The notes beneath the pieces are model-generated. The model was given only the letters and a program-made list of their open reading frames with translations, did not search any database and was not told the origin of the DNA. Positions 38,419 to 48,331 of a stretch of 64,000 nucleotides of DNA are shown here, in pieces. The stretch lies in assembly GCA_965198945.1 (NCBI GenBank), contig CBDAQI010000013.1, positions 160,001 to 224,000 on the forward strand, given 5' to 3'. The position numbers and the translations under genes were made by a program. The stretch is from Thermodesulfobacteriota bacterium. GTDB lineage: Bacteria; Desulfobacterota_D; UBA1144; Nemesobacterales; Mycalebacteriaceae. Each line of letters opens with the position of its first letter. Position 1 is the stretch's first letter.

Positions 38419-40604
38419 TTCACTTGGGCAAGACGCTTTATTAAGCGCCGTGAGTCTTCAACTGACGGAGCATAGAAACGCGCTCTGCTCGGAGTATCGC
38501 CTATTTTGATTGAATAAGCGCTCTGCGGAAGTTCCGAGAACATATCCTCATCAGTCTTATCATCTCCCATTGCTATGACACAGTCCGGTTTATTTGAAAG
38601 CCAGCGGCGTATTGAGGCTCCTTTGTTTATTGAAAAATCGCATATCTCCACAACTTTATTTCCCTGAATAACTTTGACTCCGAGATTCTGAACCGCTCCC
38701 GCAAGCGTCTCGTTCAACTCGCCCGTTCTGACAAACGCAAGGGAAGGATCCACTTTTCTGTAATGCCAGGCCAGAGAGTAGTTTTTATCTTCTATGAAGG
38801 AGCCTGGAGTCCTGTCGGTAAAAACTTCAAGGATGTGCAGAATGTCTTTTTTCCAATCCGTTGAAACCGTGGCCGCGCGCTGCCATCTTGGCCCGTCCTT
38901 TATCCATGCGCCGTGCTCGGCGACGATTGCGTTGCTTGAGTCTCCTAGCCATTTTGAAAGAGTTTTTCTGTCTCTTCCGCTGACGATGACAAGTTTGGCG
39001 TGCGGATTTGAAGAAATGGCACGCAAGTATTTTTTTATTTCCTCATCGGGTTTTGAGTCTCCGGGATTTTCCGTGAATGGAACAAGTGTGCCGTCATAAT
39101 CAAGAAGGACAACCGAGTTACGGCTTGAACGGAATTTTCTGACAATTTCAGAAGACAGACTTTTTGAAAGAACCTGGGATGACATTGCCGATTGCCGCCC
39201 TTTTATGGCGCGCAGCGCGCTGATAAAATCTTTTTTCCAACGTGCGAGGTCATATCTTAAGAGTCTCCGCCTCATGGCGCCCATATTGAGTTTGCGTTCG
39301 TCGTTTTTCATTTCAAGAGCTGAGAGAAGGATGTCCGAGATTTTTGAAATATCGTTGGGATTGACGATAAAGGCTTCACCGAGCTCTCTTGAGGTTCCCG
39401 CAGTTTCGCTGAGAATCAGAGCGCCCAGCCCGTCGGGACGTGATGAAACATACTCTTTTGCGATAAGGTTCATGCCGTCTCTTTGAGGGGTTATAAAAAG
39501 AATATCGGCCAGGGAATAGAGTGCGACCATGCCCTGAAAAGTAAAAGACCGGTAAAGATATTTAATGGGCTCCCATCTAAGGCTCCCCCATTTGCCGTTT
39601 ATTTCACTCACCATGCGCTCAATTTTTGAGCGTAAAATCTCGTAACGCTCCACATCGGTACGTGAAGGAACGGCTATCAGCAAGAGAACCACCTTCTCTC
39701 TCCATTCCGGATTTTTCTTCAAAAAAAGCTCATAGGCTTCAATGCGTTTTTCTATTCCCTTTGTGTAATCCAGCCTGTCTATTGAAAGAATTATCCGGCA
39801 GCCGTCGGGAAAAAGTTTTTTTTGCATACTCACACTCTTTTTAACCGGAGGTGAATTGCGTGCGGAGGAAAACCGGTTTACATCCACTCCCATCGGAAAC
39901 ATGTCCGCCTTAACAAGCCGCTCACCTACCGTAAAAATGCCCAGAGAGTTTTCAATCCTTTTCACCCTTCTGACACTTTCGGCAAAATGCCTTACGTAGT
40001 CAAAAGTGTGGAATCCGATTAAGTCCGCACCAAGAAGGCCGTCCAGTATCTCTGCTCGCTCGGGAATAAGTCTGAATATCTCCGAAGAGGGAAAAGGCGT
40101 ATGCAGAAAAAAACCGATTTGAGAGTCGGGCAGAGATTTTCTGAGCAGAGCCGGGAGAAGCATCAAATGGTAGTCATGTATCCATATCGTATCGCCGCCG
40201 CCGGCGATTTGAAGAACCGAAAGAGCGAATTTCTCATTGACCTTGCGGTATGTTTCATAGAAGCGCTTATTGTATTCGGCAAACTGGGGGAAATAGTGAA
40301 AAACCGGCCAGACCGTGGAGTTGCAGAAACCGTTATAGTGCCCGTCCACTTCTTCCGCACTTAAAAAAACGGGGCGGATATTTTTCCCGGCAAATTCGTG
40401 TCGTAATTCACTGACATCTTTGCGGGAAAGCGATGAAGAAGATATCCCGGGCCATCCGACCCAAACACCGTTTTCCCCGAACCCGGCGGCGCCGAGCCCG
40501 GTGGCAACACCGCCCACATTCTTTTTCAGGGAAAAACCTCCCCGCTTCTTTGGTATAACTGAAACCGGAAGACGGTTTGAAATTGTTATTATCTTTGCTG
40601 ACAT
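38415..40604 (-). CDS. Bifunctional trehalose-6-phosphate synthase/phosphatase (729 aa)
   Basis: SNRLP, WVGWPG, WIHDYHL, FFLHTPFP, DRLDYTKG, DGMNLIAKEY, then HAD LDYDGTL…GDDKTDEDMF; ATG at 40604 (the track start overlaps the divergent gene). Confidence 0.95.
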   Translation of the reverse strand: MSAKIITISNRLPVSVIPKKRGGFSLKKNVGGVATGLGAAGFGENGVWVGWPGISSSSLSRKDVSELRHEFAGKNIRPVFLSAEEVDGHYNGFCNSTVWPVFHYFPQFAEYNKRFYETYRKVNEKFALSVLQIAGGGDTIWIHDYHLMLLPALLRKSLPDSQIGFFLHTPFPSSEIFRLIPERAEILDGLLGADLIGFHTFDYVRHFAESVRRVKRIENSLGIFTVGERLVKADMFPMGVDVNRFSSARNSPPVKKSVSMQKKLFPDGCRIILSIDRLDYTKGIEKRIEAYELFLKKNPEWREKVVLLLIAVPSRTDVERYEILRSKIERMVSEINGKWGSLRWEPIKYLYRSFTFQGMVALYSLADILFITPQRDGMNLIAKEYVSSRPDGLGALILSETAGTSRELGEAFIVNPNDISKISDILLSALEMKNDERKLNMGAMRRRLLRYDLARWKKDFISALRAIKGRQSAMSSQVLSKSLSSEIVRKFRSSRNSVVLLDYDGTLVPFTENPGDSKPDEEIKKYLRAISSNPHAKLVIVSGRDRKTLSKWLGDSSNAIVAEHGAWIKDGPRWQRAATVSTDWKKDILHILEVFTDRTPGSFIEDKNYSLAWHYRKVDPSLAFVRTGELNETLAGAVQNLGVKVIQGNKVVEICDFSINKGASIRRWLSNKPDCVIAMGDDKTDEDMFSELPQSAYSIKIGDTPSRARFYAPSVEDSRRLIKRLAQVK

Positions 40605-40673
40605 ATAACACTGAACCGAGGCCTGAAAAGCTGCGTCGGCATTTTTCAAGTATAATACACCCCGGCACCAACT

Positions 40674-41213
40674 ATGAGAATAATAAAAGGAATCCTCAGC
40701 GCGGGGGTTGTGGCCTTCTGCGCCGTTCTGATTGTTTACGCTTTTGACAAACGCATTTCCGAAAAACGCGGTCAATGGCCGGAATCTCCTCTTGTAGGCA
40801 AAACCGCCCCGGCATTCATTCTTAAAACTTTTGACGGCAACACGCTGGAATTGAAAGATTTTCAGAACAGAACCGTGGTGCTTAATTTCTGGGCTTCGTG
40901 GTGCGTACCATGCGCGAAAGAAGTTGAGGAGATAAACAAAGCGCAAAAAAAATACGGCGGAAAAGTTGTTTTTCTCGGAGTAAATGTAATGGATGAAACC
41001 GAAGAAGCTCTGGACTTCATCTCAAAAAACAAAACCGTTTATCAAAACGGCTATGACCCTGAAAAAACAGTGCATATAGACTACGGGGTTGCCGGTGTGC
41101 CGGAAACTTTTTTCATTAACCCGAAAGGGGAAATATGGCGGAAAATTTCAGGCCCGCTTACATTTGGTGAAATATCGGAAACTCTTCTATCGGCTTCACT
41201 GGAGCAAAATTGA
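40674..41213 (+). CDS. TlpA/ResA/DsbE-family thiol-disulfide oxidoreductase
   Basis: N-terminal anchor, LNFWASWCVPC, YGVAGVPETFFI. Confidence 0.92.
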   Translation: MRIIKGILSAGVVAFCAVLIVYAFDKRISEKRGQWPESPLVGKTAPAFILKTFDGNTLELKDFQNRTVVLNFWASWCVPCAKEVEEINKAQKKYGGKVVFLGVNVMDETEEALDFISKNKTVYQNGYDPEKTVHIDYGVAGVPETFFINPKGEIWRKISGPLTFGEISETLLSASLEQN

Positions 41214-41260
41214 CATTGCGGAGTTTCCAGTAAAAAATTGTCCCGTTCTCTTCCCCTGTA

Positions 41261-42739
41261 ATGAACTTTAGTCAACTACTACAAAGCGCTTCTCTCGCGG
41301 CACCGGAACTTATTCTTTCTCTTGCGGGTCTCGTTTTAACTGTGTTTGCGCCTTTGTTGAAAAAAATTTCGGAACAGAAACGGTCTCTGTTTTTCTGCGC
41401 CGCAGCTCTGGCGGGCACTGGTGCGGCTTTCTATTTTAACTCGGCCAGATTTCACTCCGCCGAGACGGCTTTTTCGGGATTTATTGTGCTTGACCCTTTT
41501 TCCGGATATTTCAACTCAATCTTTCTTGTGAACATTGCGGCGACAACCTTATTCGCAAGGGCCCACCTGCGCGAAGCCGAAAGACTGGGTGAGTTTCTCG
41601 CCCTTGCGCTTTTTTGCACGGTGGGAATGATGTTTATGGCGGAATCAGTGGAATTTGTGTCCCTTTTTATAGCTTTTGAAACAATGTCAATATCTGTTTA
41701 CGCCCTTTCGGGATTTTCACGAAACATTTTCTCGTCAGCGGAGGCCGGAATCAAATACCTTATAACCGGGGGTTTTGCGTCCGCGGTTATGCTGTTTGGC
41801 ATAGCGCTTCTCTACGGCGCGACCGGAAGCCTTATGTTTGAGGAAATAGGGGCGAGTTTCTCAAACTTGTCATCAAATCCCATGCTGATAACCGGAACCG
41901 TGCTTGTGTTTGCGGGGTTTATTTTCAAAATAGGAGCGGCGCCTCTGCATCAGTGGATACCCGATGTCTACGAGGGTGCTCCGCTGCCGGCCGTGGCTTT
42001 TATGTCAGTCGGTGTCAAAGTTGCCGCTTTTGCCGTTCTTGCAAGATTCGCGGTTGAAATAGGAGCCGCAGGAGACTGGGGTTTTCAATCAGCGCTAATA
42101 GTAATTGCGGTGATAACAATGCTCGTGGGAAATATTTCGGCAATCGTCCAAAACAATATTAAAAGAATGCTAGCCTATTCAAGCATTGCCCATGCCGGGT
42201 ATGCGATAGTCGGAATTATCGCCTATCTCTCAGGAGAGAACACCGAGGGGCTTTCAGGACTTTTCTACTATCTTTACGCATATACGATAATGAGTCTCGG
42301 AGCATTTGGCGTCATATTGCTGATTGGAAAAGAGGATAATGAATATAAAACATTCGGCGACATATCGGGGCTCTGGAGAACAAAGCCCGTTTTCGCGGTC
42401 GCCCTCGCCGTGTTTATGTTTTCACTTGCGGGAATACCCGTAACCATAGGTTTTTTTGCAAAACTGAAAGTGTTCCTGCCCGCCGCAAAAGAAGGAATGT
42501 ATTGGCTTGTTGTGTTCGCTCTTGTTAACAGCGTTGTATCCGCATACTACTATTTGAAAGTGCTGGTGTTTGCTTTTATGAGACCCGTCACAAAGCAGCA
42601 AACTGAACCGGGACAAGCTGATTTGGGAGCGCAGGCGGTGATTCTGATTCTGTGCGCCGGGGTTCTGTTACTGGGAATTTTCCCCCTGTATTCGGTTGAA
42701 ATTACAGATGCCGCCGCACGGGTATTGACTGTCAGATGA
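41261..42739 (+). CDS. nuoN: NADH-quinone oxidoreductase subunit N
   Basis: EAGIKY, FKIGAAPLHQWIPDVYEGAP, KRMLAYSSIAHAGY, SLAGIP. Confidence 0.93.
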   Translation: MNFSQLLQSASLAAPELILSLAGLVLTVFAPLLKKISEQKRSLFFCAAALAGTGAAFYFNSARFHSAETAFSGFIVLDPFSGYFNSIFLVNIAATTLFARAHLREAERLGEFLALALFCTVGMMFMAESVEFVSLFIAFETMSISVYALSGFSRNIFSSAEAGIKYLITGGFASAVMLFGIALLYGATGSLMFEEIGASFSNLSSNPMLITGTVLVFAGFIFKIGAAPLHQWIPDVYEGAPLPAVAFMSVGVKVAAFAVLARFAVEIGAAGDWGFQSALIVIAVITMLVGNISAIVQNNIKRMLAYSSIAHAGYAIVGIIAYLSGENTEGLSGLFYYLYAYTIMSLGAFGVILLIGKEDNEYKTFGDISGLWRTKPVFAVALAVFMFSLAGIPVTIGFFAKLKVFLPAAKEGMYWLVVFALVNSVVSAYYYLKVLVFAFMRPVTKQQTEPGQADLGAQAVILILCAGVLLLGIFPLYSVEITDAAARVLTVR

Positions 42740-44967
42740 CAACTCCAAAAAGCCGATTCAAGAATGAAGCCGCGGGATTCGGGCTTTTTCTGCTGGGAGC
42801 CATTATCGCCGCAAGTCTTGTGGCGGGCGGCTCGCTTTCCCCCTTTGGAGGAGGCGCGGTCGGCTGGGTTGGAAAACTCATATCAAAGACTCTTTCATTT
42901 GGCCTGGGAGTATGTTCCTATCTGGTTCCGGCCGCATGCGGTTATTTCAGCATAAGGATTTTATTTTCGGACATGGACCGGAGACAGGCGTCAAAAGATG
43001 CGGCCGCAATAGTTTTTCTTGTAATTTCCTGCTGTCTGTTTTCCGCAGTGGCTCTTGAAAAGGTTTTTACCGGTTATCTAACCCTGAACGGAGCGGGAGG
43101 AAAACTGGGAACACTTGCGGCGGGACTGACTCTGGGCAGCCTGGGCATGTTCGGTTCTTACATAATATCGCTTTCAATTACTGCCGTATGTGTTGTTTTT
43201 CTTTTGAGAACAAGTTTGCTCTCGGTTCTGTCCGGGTTTTTCGGGATATTGGCAAAGCTGTTAAGAACAGCCGCGGCCGTTTGTCTGAAAACCGGAGGAT
43301 TCCTTATCAGGAGCGCGGTCAGAACGGGAAGAAAAGTATCATCCATTGTGGCGGAACAACTTAAGAAAAGACGTGAAAAAACAAAAAAAGCCATTTTATC
43401 ACCCGTTTCCAAAACTCAGCGGGCACCTGATTCCCCGGAGAAAAAAACAAGTGACGAGCAGCCTAAAATTGTCGTCAAGAAGGAAAAAACGCCTCTTGTA
43501 ATAGTTGATAAAGATACTGATGAGCAAAAACCTGCGAGAGGCGGTTTTCAGCTTCCTCCAATTGAACTCCTGGAAAAAGCGGAGATGCAAAAAACAGACA
43601 TAGACAAAGAAAGCGCCTATAAAAACGCACGTTTGATTGAGGAAAAACTGGAGAGCTTCGGGGTTTCGGGAAAAGTAACCGAGATAAAACCGGGGCCCGT
43701 AATAACGATGTTTGAATACAAACCCGCCCCCGGCGTAAAAGTCAGCAAAATTTCCGCTCTTGAAAACGATCTGGCAATGAGTCTGAGCGCTCTGAAGGTG
43801 AGAACCATCTCACCCATCCCGGGCAGAGATGTTGTCGGCATTGAGGTTCCCAACGCCGTGAGTGAAACGGTCTGTCTGAGAGAGCTTATTGAAAACTGGG
43901 AATTTTCCGAAAGCAGCTCTTTTCTGACAATAGCCGTGGGAAAAGACATATCCGGAACCCCTTATTACACAAACCTCGCCGCCGCTCCGCACCTAATGAT
44001 AGCGGGAACAACGGGTTCGGGGAAAAGTGTTCTTATGAACTCTCTGCTTGCAAGTCTGTTCTACAAAGCCGGTCCCGACCGTGTGCGTCTTCTTATGATA
44101 GACCCCAAAATGCTTGAATTCGCAATATACGAAGGCATCCCCCACCTGCTCCATCCGATTGTGACGGAACCGAGAAAAGCTATTGCGGCGCTAAAATGGG
44201 CCGTCGCCGAGATGGAAAGCAGGTATCGGCTTTTGTCGCAAAAAGGGGTGAGAAACATAGATTCCTACAATACAAAAATAGAGAATGAAAAAGGCGCGGA
44301 CTCTCCCGAAATACTCCCCTACATAGTAATTCTCATAGACGAGCTTGCCGATTTAATCCTGTCAGCCGCGGCGGACACCCGCGAGGCCATAATCAGAATA
44401 GCACAGAAGGCGCGCGCCGCCGGCATTCACCTTGTTGTCGCCACACAACGCCCTTCGGCTGATGTTGTCTCCGGACTGCTGAAAGCCAACATTCCCGCAA
44501 GAATCTCATTTCTTGTTTCTTCAAAAGTGGATTCAAGGGTCGTGCTTGACGCGCACGGCGCCGAGAGCTTGCTCGGCAAAGGAGACATGCTTTTCCTTAA
44601 ACCCGGAACAAACTCTCTGGAAAGAATCCAGGGAGCTTTGATAACCGACGGCGAGAGGGAAAAAATTGTTGATTTTCTCAAATCACAGAGCGCTCCGGTG
44701 TTTGATGAAAAAGTTACGGAGGCCATAAACAAATCCGAACAGCCGCAAAACGGTGAGGAAAAAGAAGGCGATGACGACATGTATGAACAGGCGTTGAACA
44801 TTGTAAGAGACGCGGGACAGGTTTCAATTTCAATGCTTCAGCGGCGTCTCAAAATAGGCTATAACCGCGCCGCAACAATAGTTGAGCAAATGGAAAAAGA
44901 GGGAATCGTGGGAGAACACAAGGGAGCCGGAAAAGCAAGAGAGGTTAATTTTCCAACCGAAGAATGA
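42736..44967 (+). CDS. ftsK: DNA translocase FtsK
   Basis: N-terminal TM helices, GTTGSGKS, IDELADL, ATQRPS, gamma domain LQRRLKIGYNRAA. Confidence 0.96.
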   Translation: MTTPKSRFKNEAAGFGLFLLGAIIAASLVAGGSLSPFGGGAVGWVGKLISKTLSFGLGVCSYLVPAACGYFSIRILFSDMDRRQASKDAAAIVFLVISCCLFSAVALEKVFTGYLTLNGAGGKLGTLAAGLTLGSLGMFGSYIISLSITAVCVVFLLRTSLLSVLSGFFGILAKLLRTAAAVCLKTGGFLIRSAVRTGRKVSSIVAEQLKKRREKTKKAILSPVSKTQRAPDSPEKKTSDEQPKIVVKKEKTPLVIVDKDTDEQKPARGGFQLPPIELLEKAEMQKTDIDKESAYKNARLIEEKLESFGVSGKVTEIKPGPVITMFEYKPAPGVKVSKISALENDLAMSLSALKVRTISPIPGRDVVGIEVPNAVSETVCLRELIENWEFSESSSFLTIAVGKDISGTPYYTNLAAAPHLMIAGTTGSGKSVLMNSLLASLFYKAGPDRVRLLMIDPKMLEFAIYEGIPHLLHPIVTEPRKAIAALKWAVAEMESRYRLLSQKGVRNIDSYNTKIENEKGADSPEILPYIVILIDELADLILSAAADTREAIIRIAQKARAAGIHLVVATQRPSADVVSGLLKANIPARISFLVSSKVDSRVVLDAHGAESLLGKGDMLFLKPGTNSLERIQGALITDGEREKIVDFLKSQSAPVFDEKVTEAINKSEQPQNGEEKEGDDDMYEQALNIVRDAGQVSISMLQRRLKIGYNRAATIVEQMEKEGIVGEHKGAGKAREVNFPTEE

Positions 44968-44980
44968 AGACTGAAAAGAC

Positions 44981-46189
44981 TTACCGGTCAACCTCTCCGA
45001 GCACAATATCAATGCTACTCAGCGCGGCGACGACATCGCCGAGAAGCTCTCCTTCAAGCATTGGCGACAAAGACTGAAGATTCACAAATGACGGCCCCCT
45101 CACGCGCATGCGATAAGGTTTTTTAGTTCCGTCACTCACAAGATAATAACCGAGCTCGCCTTTGGGGTTTTCAACCGCGTGATAAACCTCTCCGGCAGGC
45201 GGTGAAAAACCGTCATAAACAAGAACAAAATGACGGATAAGAGACTCCATTCTGGTATATACCTTTTCCTTTTCTGGAAGGACGATATCGGGCAAATCAG
45301 CTATGTGAGGGCCGCCCGGCAGGCTGTCTATCGCCTGTTTTATGATCCTCACACTTTGTCTGCACTCTTCCATTCTGCAAAGATAACGCGAGTAAACATC
45401 CCCTTCTTCACCCACAGGAATATCAAAATCATAGTTTTCATAACCGAGATAAGGTTTTGATTTTCTTAAATCAAACGGGACACCGCTCCCCCTCAAAGTT
45501 GGTCCGGAAAGCCCCAAATCCAAGGCATCTTCGGCGCTTATATGGGAAATTCCTTTTGTTCTCTGAAGCCAGATGGTGTTTTTTGTGAGAAGTTTGTCAA
45601 CCTCATCCAGAGTTTTTGGAAAAGCGGTGAGAAAATTGTTCACGGCTTCTTCAAACCCCTCGGGCAGATCTTTCGGGAGCCCCCCCACCCTCGGATACGA
45701 AGTGGTCATTCTTGCGCCACAGACCATTTCCAGAATATCGTAAATTCTCTCTCTTTCCTTGAAGCAATACATGAAAGAACTGAAAGCCCCGAGATCCAGA
45801 GCGCCGGTTCCTATGGCCACCATATGAGACTCTATTCTGCCGAGTTCAAAAAGAATGACTTCAGCCGTCTTCGCTCTTTCGGGAATTTCATTTTCTATGC
45901 CAAGCAGTTTCTCAACCGCAAGAACAAAACCTATGTTGTTGCAGATTGCGGCGAGATAATCCATCCGGTCGGTATAGGGAAGGCACTGCTGATAAGTTAT
46001 GTCCTCACAGAGTTTTTCTATTCCTCTGTGCAGATAACCCATGTGAGGAACCACTTTTTTAATGGCCTCTCCCTCAAGACTCAGGACTATTCGCAAAACC
46101 CCGTGCGTGGCGGGATGCTGCGGCCCCATGTTTAAAACCATTTCTTTGGTATCCGGGCTTTCGTCTGAAATAAACTGAACGCGCTCCAT
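44981..46189 (-). CDS. nuoD: NADH-quinone oxidoreductase subunit D
   Basis: NMGPQHPATHGVLR, GYLHRGIEK, C-terminal GEVDR. Confidence 0.96.
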   Translation of the reverse strand: MERVQFISDESPDTKEMVLNMGPQHPATHGVLRIVLSLEGEAIKKVVPHMGYLHRGIEKLCEDITYQQCLPYTDRMDYLAAICNNIGFVLAVEKLLGIENEIPERAKTAEVILFELGRIESHMVAIGTGALDLGAFSSFMYCFKERERIYDILEMVCGARMTTSYPRVGGLPKDLPEGFEEAVNNFLTAFPKTLDEVDKLLTKNTIWLQRTKGISHISAEDALDLGLSGPTLRGSGVPFDLRKSKPYLGYENYDFDIPVGEEGDVYSRYLCRMEECRQSVRIIKQAIDSLPGGPHIADLPDIVLPEKEKVYTRMESLIRHFVLVYDGFSPPAGEVYHAVENPKGELGYYLVSDGTKKPYRMRVRGPSFVNLQSLSPMLEGELLGDVVAALSSIDIVLGEVDR

Positions 46190-46701
46190 CAGAAGTTCCC
46201 CTTTTTGAGCGCTTTTTCAAAAGACCGTTTTGCCGGTTCTCTGTTCCTCACATTAAAATCTTTGCGGAGAGGAAATCCTTCATAGTCCTCGGCGAGAAGG
46301 ATCCTCCTCATGTCCGGATGGCCGGCAAAATTAATGCCGAACATGTCAAAAACTTCCCTCTCAAGCCATTCCGCCGCCTTCCAGACCGGTGTGACGGAAT
46401 CTATCCGGGGAGTTTCCCCATCAAGCGCCGTTTTAAGGAAAACCCTGAGTTCTTCATCGTATTGCGAATCAAAGCGAACCGCATTGTAGACAATTTCAAA
46501 ACGCGGACCGGATTTTTCGCCCAACCAGTCAACGGCGGTAATGTCGGAAAGATAGACAAATCCCAGCTGTGTTTTCAGTTTGAAACACGCTTCTTTTATG
46601 CGCCCGGAGTCTATAAAAAAAACCGGCTCCCCGCCTCTCATTTCCCCCGAAGACAAAGAGAAATCCGAAAGCGCGTTTTCAACAACATCTGCTATGTTCA
46701 T
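46189..46701 (-). CDS. nuoC: NADH-quinone oxidoreductase subunit C
   Basis: [20 protein letters not shown]…PLRKDF. Confidence 0.95.
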   Translation of the reverse strand: MNIADVVENALSDFSLSSGEMRGGEPVFFIDSGRIKEACFKLKTQLGFVYLSDITAVDWLGEKSGPRFEIVYNAVRFDSQYDEELRVFLKTALDGETPRIDSVTPVWKAAEWLEREVFDMFGINFAGHPDMRRILLAEDYEGFPLRKDFNVRNREPAKRSFEKALKKGNF

Positions 46702-47177
46702 TTCAGAGGCGGGCCTTCGTTTTCTATTTTTTTCTGTATTTTGATCACTGCGTCTATAAGAGCTTCCGGACGCGGCGGGCAGCCGCCCACATAAACATCA
46801 ACCGGCAGAAATTCGTCTATACCCTGAACAACCGCATAACTGTCAAAAGGACCGCCGCCGCAAGTGCATGACCCCATCGCTATAACCCATTTCGGTTCAG
46901 GCATCTGGTCATAGATTTTTCTGCACACCGAAGCCATTTTATAAGTGATTGTTCCGGAAACTATCATAAGGTCCGCCTGACGGGGTGAAAATCTCGCCAC
47001 TTCCGCGCCGAAACGCGCCATGTCGTAGCGCGACGCAAAAGCTCCCATCATCTCAATTGCACAACAAGCCGTTCCCAAAGGCATGGGCCAGAGACTGTTT
47101 TTTCTTGACCAGTTAACAAAAGCGGAAACCTTTGTTGAAATAAAACCGTCTCCGCCCAGCAGACCGCCGCTGTTCAT
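46698..47177 (-). CDS. nuoB: NADH-quinone oxidoreductase subunit B
   Basis: [23 protein letters not shown] overlaps the nuoA stop. Confidence 0.96.
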   Translation of the reverse strand: MNSGGLLGGDGFISTKVSAFVNWSRKNSLWPMPLGTACCAIEMMGAFASRYDMARFGAEVARFSPRQADLMIVSGTITYKMASVCRKIYDQMPEPKWVIAMGSCTCGGGPFDSYAVVQGIDEFLPVDVYVGGCPPRPEALIDAVIKIQKKIENEGPPLK

Positions 47178-47530
47178 CGCCAATTGAGGGCCCCCTTGAA
47201 AAGCACATAAAAATATCCAGCAACGATAACGGAAATAAATACTGCAATCTCAACCGCCGCAACGAGACCAAGATCCCGGGCGACTACGGCCCAAGTTATC
47301 AAAAAAACCGCTTCTATGTCAAAAAGTATAAAAAGCGCCCCGACAATATAGTATTTAACGGGAAATTCCCCGGCTGCGTCTCCGACCGGAGTTATGCCGG
47401 ACTCATATGGTGAAGATTTTTCTTCGGCGGGCTTTTTACGGCCGAAAAATACGGAAAAAAAAAGCAGAACAACCGCGAGACCAATCGTCAAACCCCAAAT
47501 AATCACTATCGGAGCGTAGCTGTGAACCAT
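47174..47530 (-). CDS. nuoA: NADH-quinone oxidoreductase subunit A
   Basis: [15 protein letters not shown], 3 TM helices, KGALNW. Confidence 0.94.
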   Translation of the reverse strand: MVHSYAPIVIIWGLTIGLAVVLLFFSVFFGRKKPAEEKSSPYESGITPVGDAAGEFPVKYYIVGALFILFDIEAVFLITWAVVARDLGLVAAVEIAVFISVIVAGYFYVLFKGALNWR

Positions 47531-47539
47531 TCCGCAACA

Positions 47540-47582
47540 AGGTTAAGTCATGGGACAGCATTGTCAAGAAAGGGACAGCATT
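47540..47582 (-). promoter_or_regulatory. Putative nuoA promoter with a flanking 11-bp direct repeat
   Basis: Minus strand TTGACA (47567-47562), 16 nt, TAACCT (47545-47540); GGGACAGCATT at 47552-47562 and 47572-47582. Confidence 0.55.
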
Positions 47583-47623
47583 ATTTGTATTGTGTATGAT
47601 TATCGCTCCGGCAGCCTATTGCC

Positions 47624-48331
47624 ATGACTACGAACTCCGCTGAACTTAATGTTTTTATAACCTGTATGCGTGAAGAGGAAAACCTTAAAGTTCTTCTGCC
47701 CCGGCTCATTGGTATTCTGAACGGATACGGAATAACATACAAAATAATCGTGGTTGACACCGTTTCCCCAATGGACGGCACCCCGGATTTATGCCGCAGA
47801 TTTGAAAATGTCATTTATGTGCCGACCGAAGGAGAAGAAGACGGATACGGCAAAGCGGTGCGAACCGGAATCAAAAATGTAAATGCGAAATACGCAATAC
47901 TTATGGACGGCGACCTTTCGCACCCGCCCGAAGTAATACCCTCCATGCTTGATATGCGCAAGAAAAAAGACATGGTGATAGCCTCGCGTTACACCAAAGG
48001 GGGAAGCTCTGACGACTACACCGCAAACCGGCTGATGTCTCGCGCTCTGAATATCACCTGCTCGGCAATAATGGGAATTGACTGCAAAGACTGGTCAACG
48101 AGTTTCAAACTTTATAGAAGCTCGCAGATTCAGGCTCTGGATTTAACATGCGAGCATTTTGACATACATCAGGAAATCATCTGCAAACTTCACGGAAACC
48201 ATCCGGATTTCACCTTTGCCGAAGTTCCGATGGAGTTTTCCAAACGAGTGCACGGCTCGTCAACGCGCAGACTAATCTACGCCTATTCCCTAATAAAAAC
48301 TATTTTCAAACTCCGCCTGGGTCTTATTTGA
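47624..48331 (+). CDS. GT2 glycosyltransferase, polyprenol-phosphate mannose synthase (DPM1)-like
   Basis: IIVVD..SPMDGT, MDGDLSHPP, VIASRY..GG, R..G.S. Confidence 0.82.
   Translation: MTTNSAELNVFITCMREEENLKVLLPRLIGILNGYGITYKIIVVDTVSPMDGTPDLCRRFENVIYVPTEGEEDGYGKAVRTGIKNVNAKYAILMDGDLSHPPEVIPSMLDMRKKKDMVIASRYTKGGSSDDYTANRLMSRALNITCSAIMGIDCKDWSTSFKLYRSSQIQALDLTCEHFDIHQEIICKLHGNHPDFTFAEVPMEFSKRVHGSSTRRLIYAYSLIKTIFKLRLGLI

Noticed and set aside
40605..40946. 114-aa N-terminal extension of TPS/TPP
   Set aside because: Antisense to the TlpA-family gene; family similarity starts at MSAKIITISNRLP.
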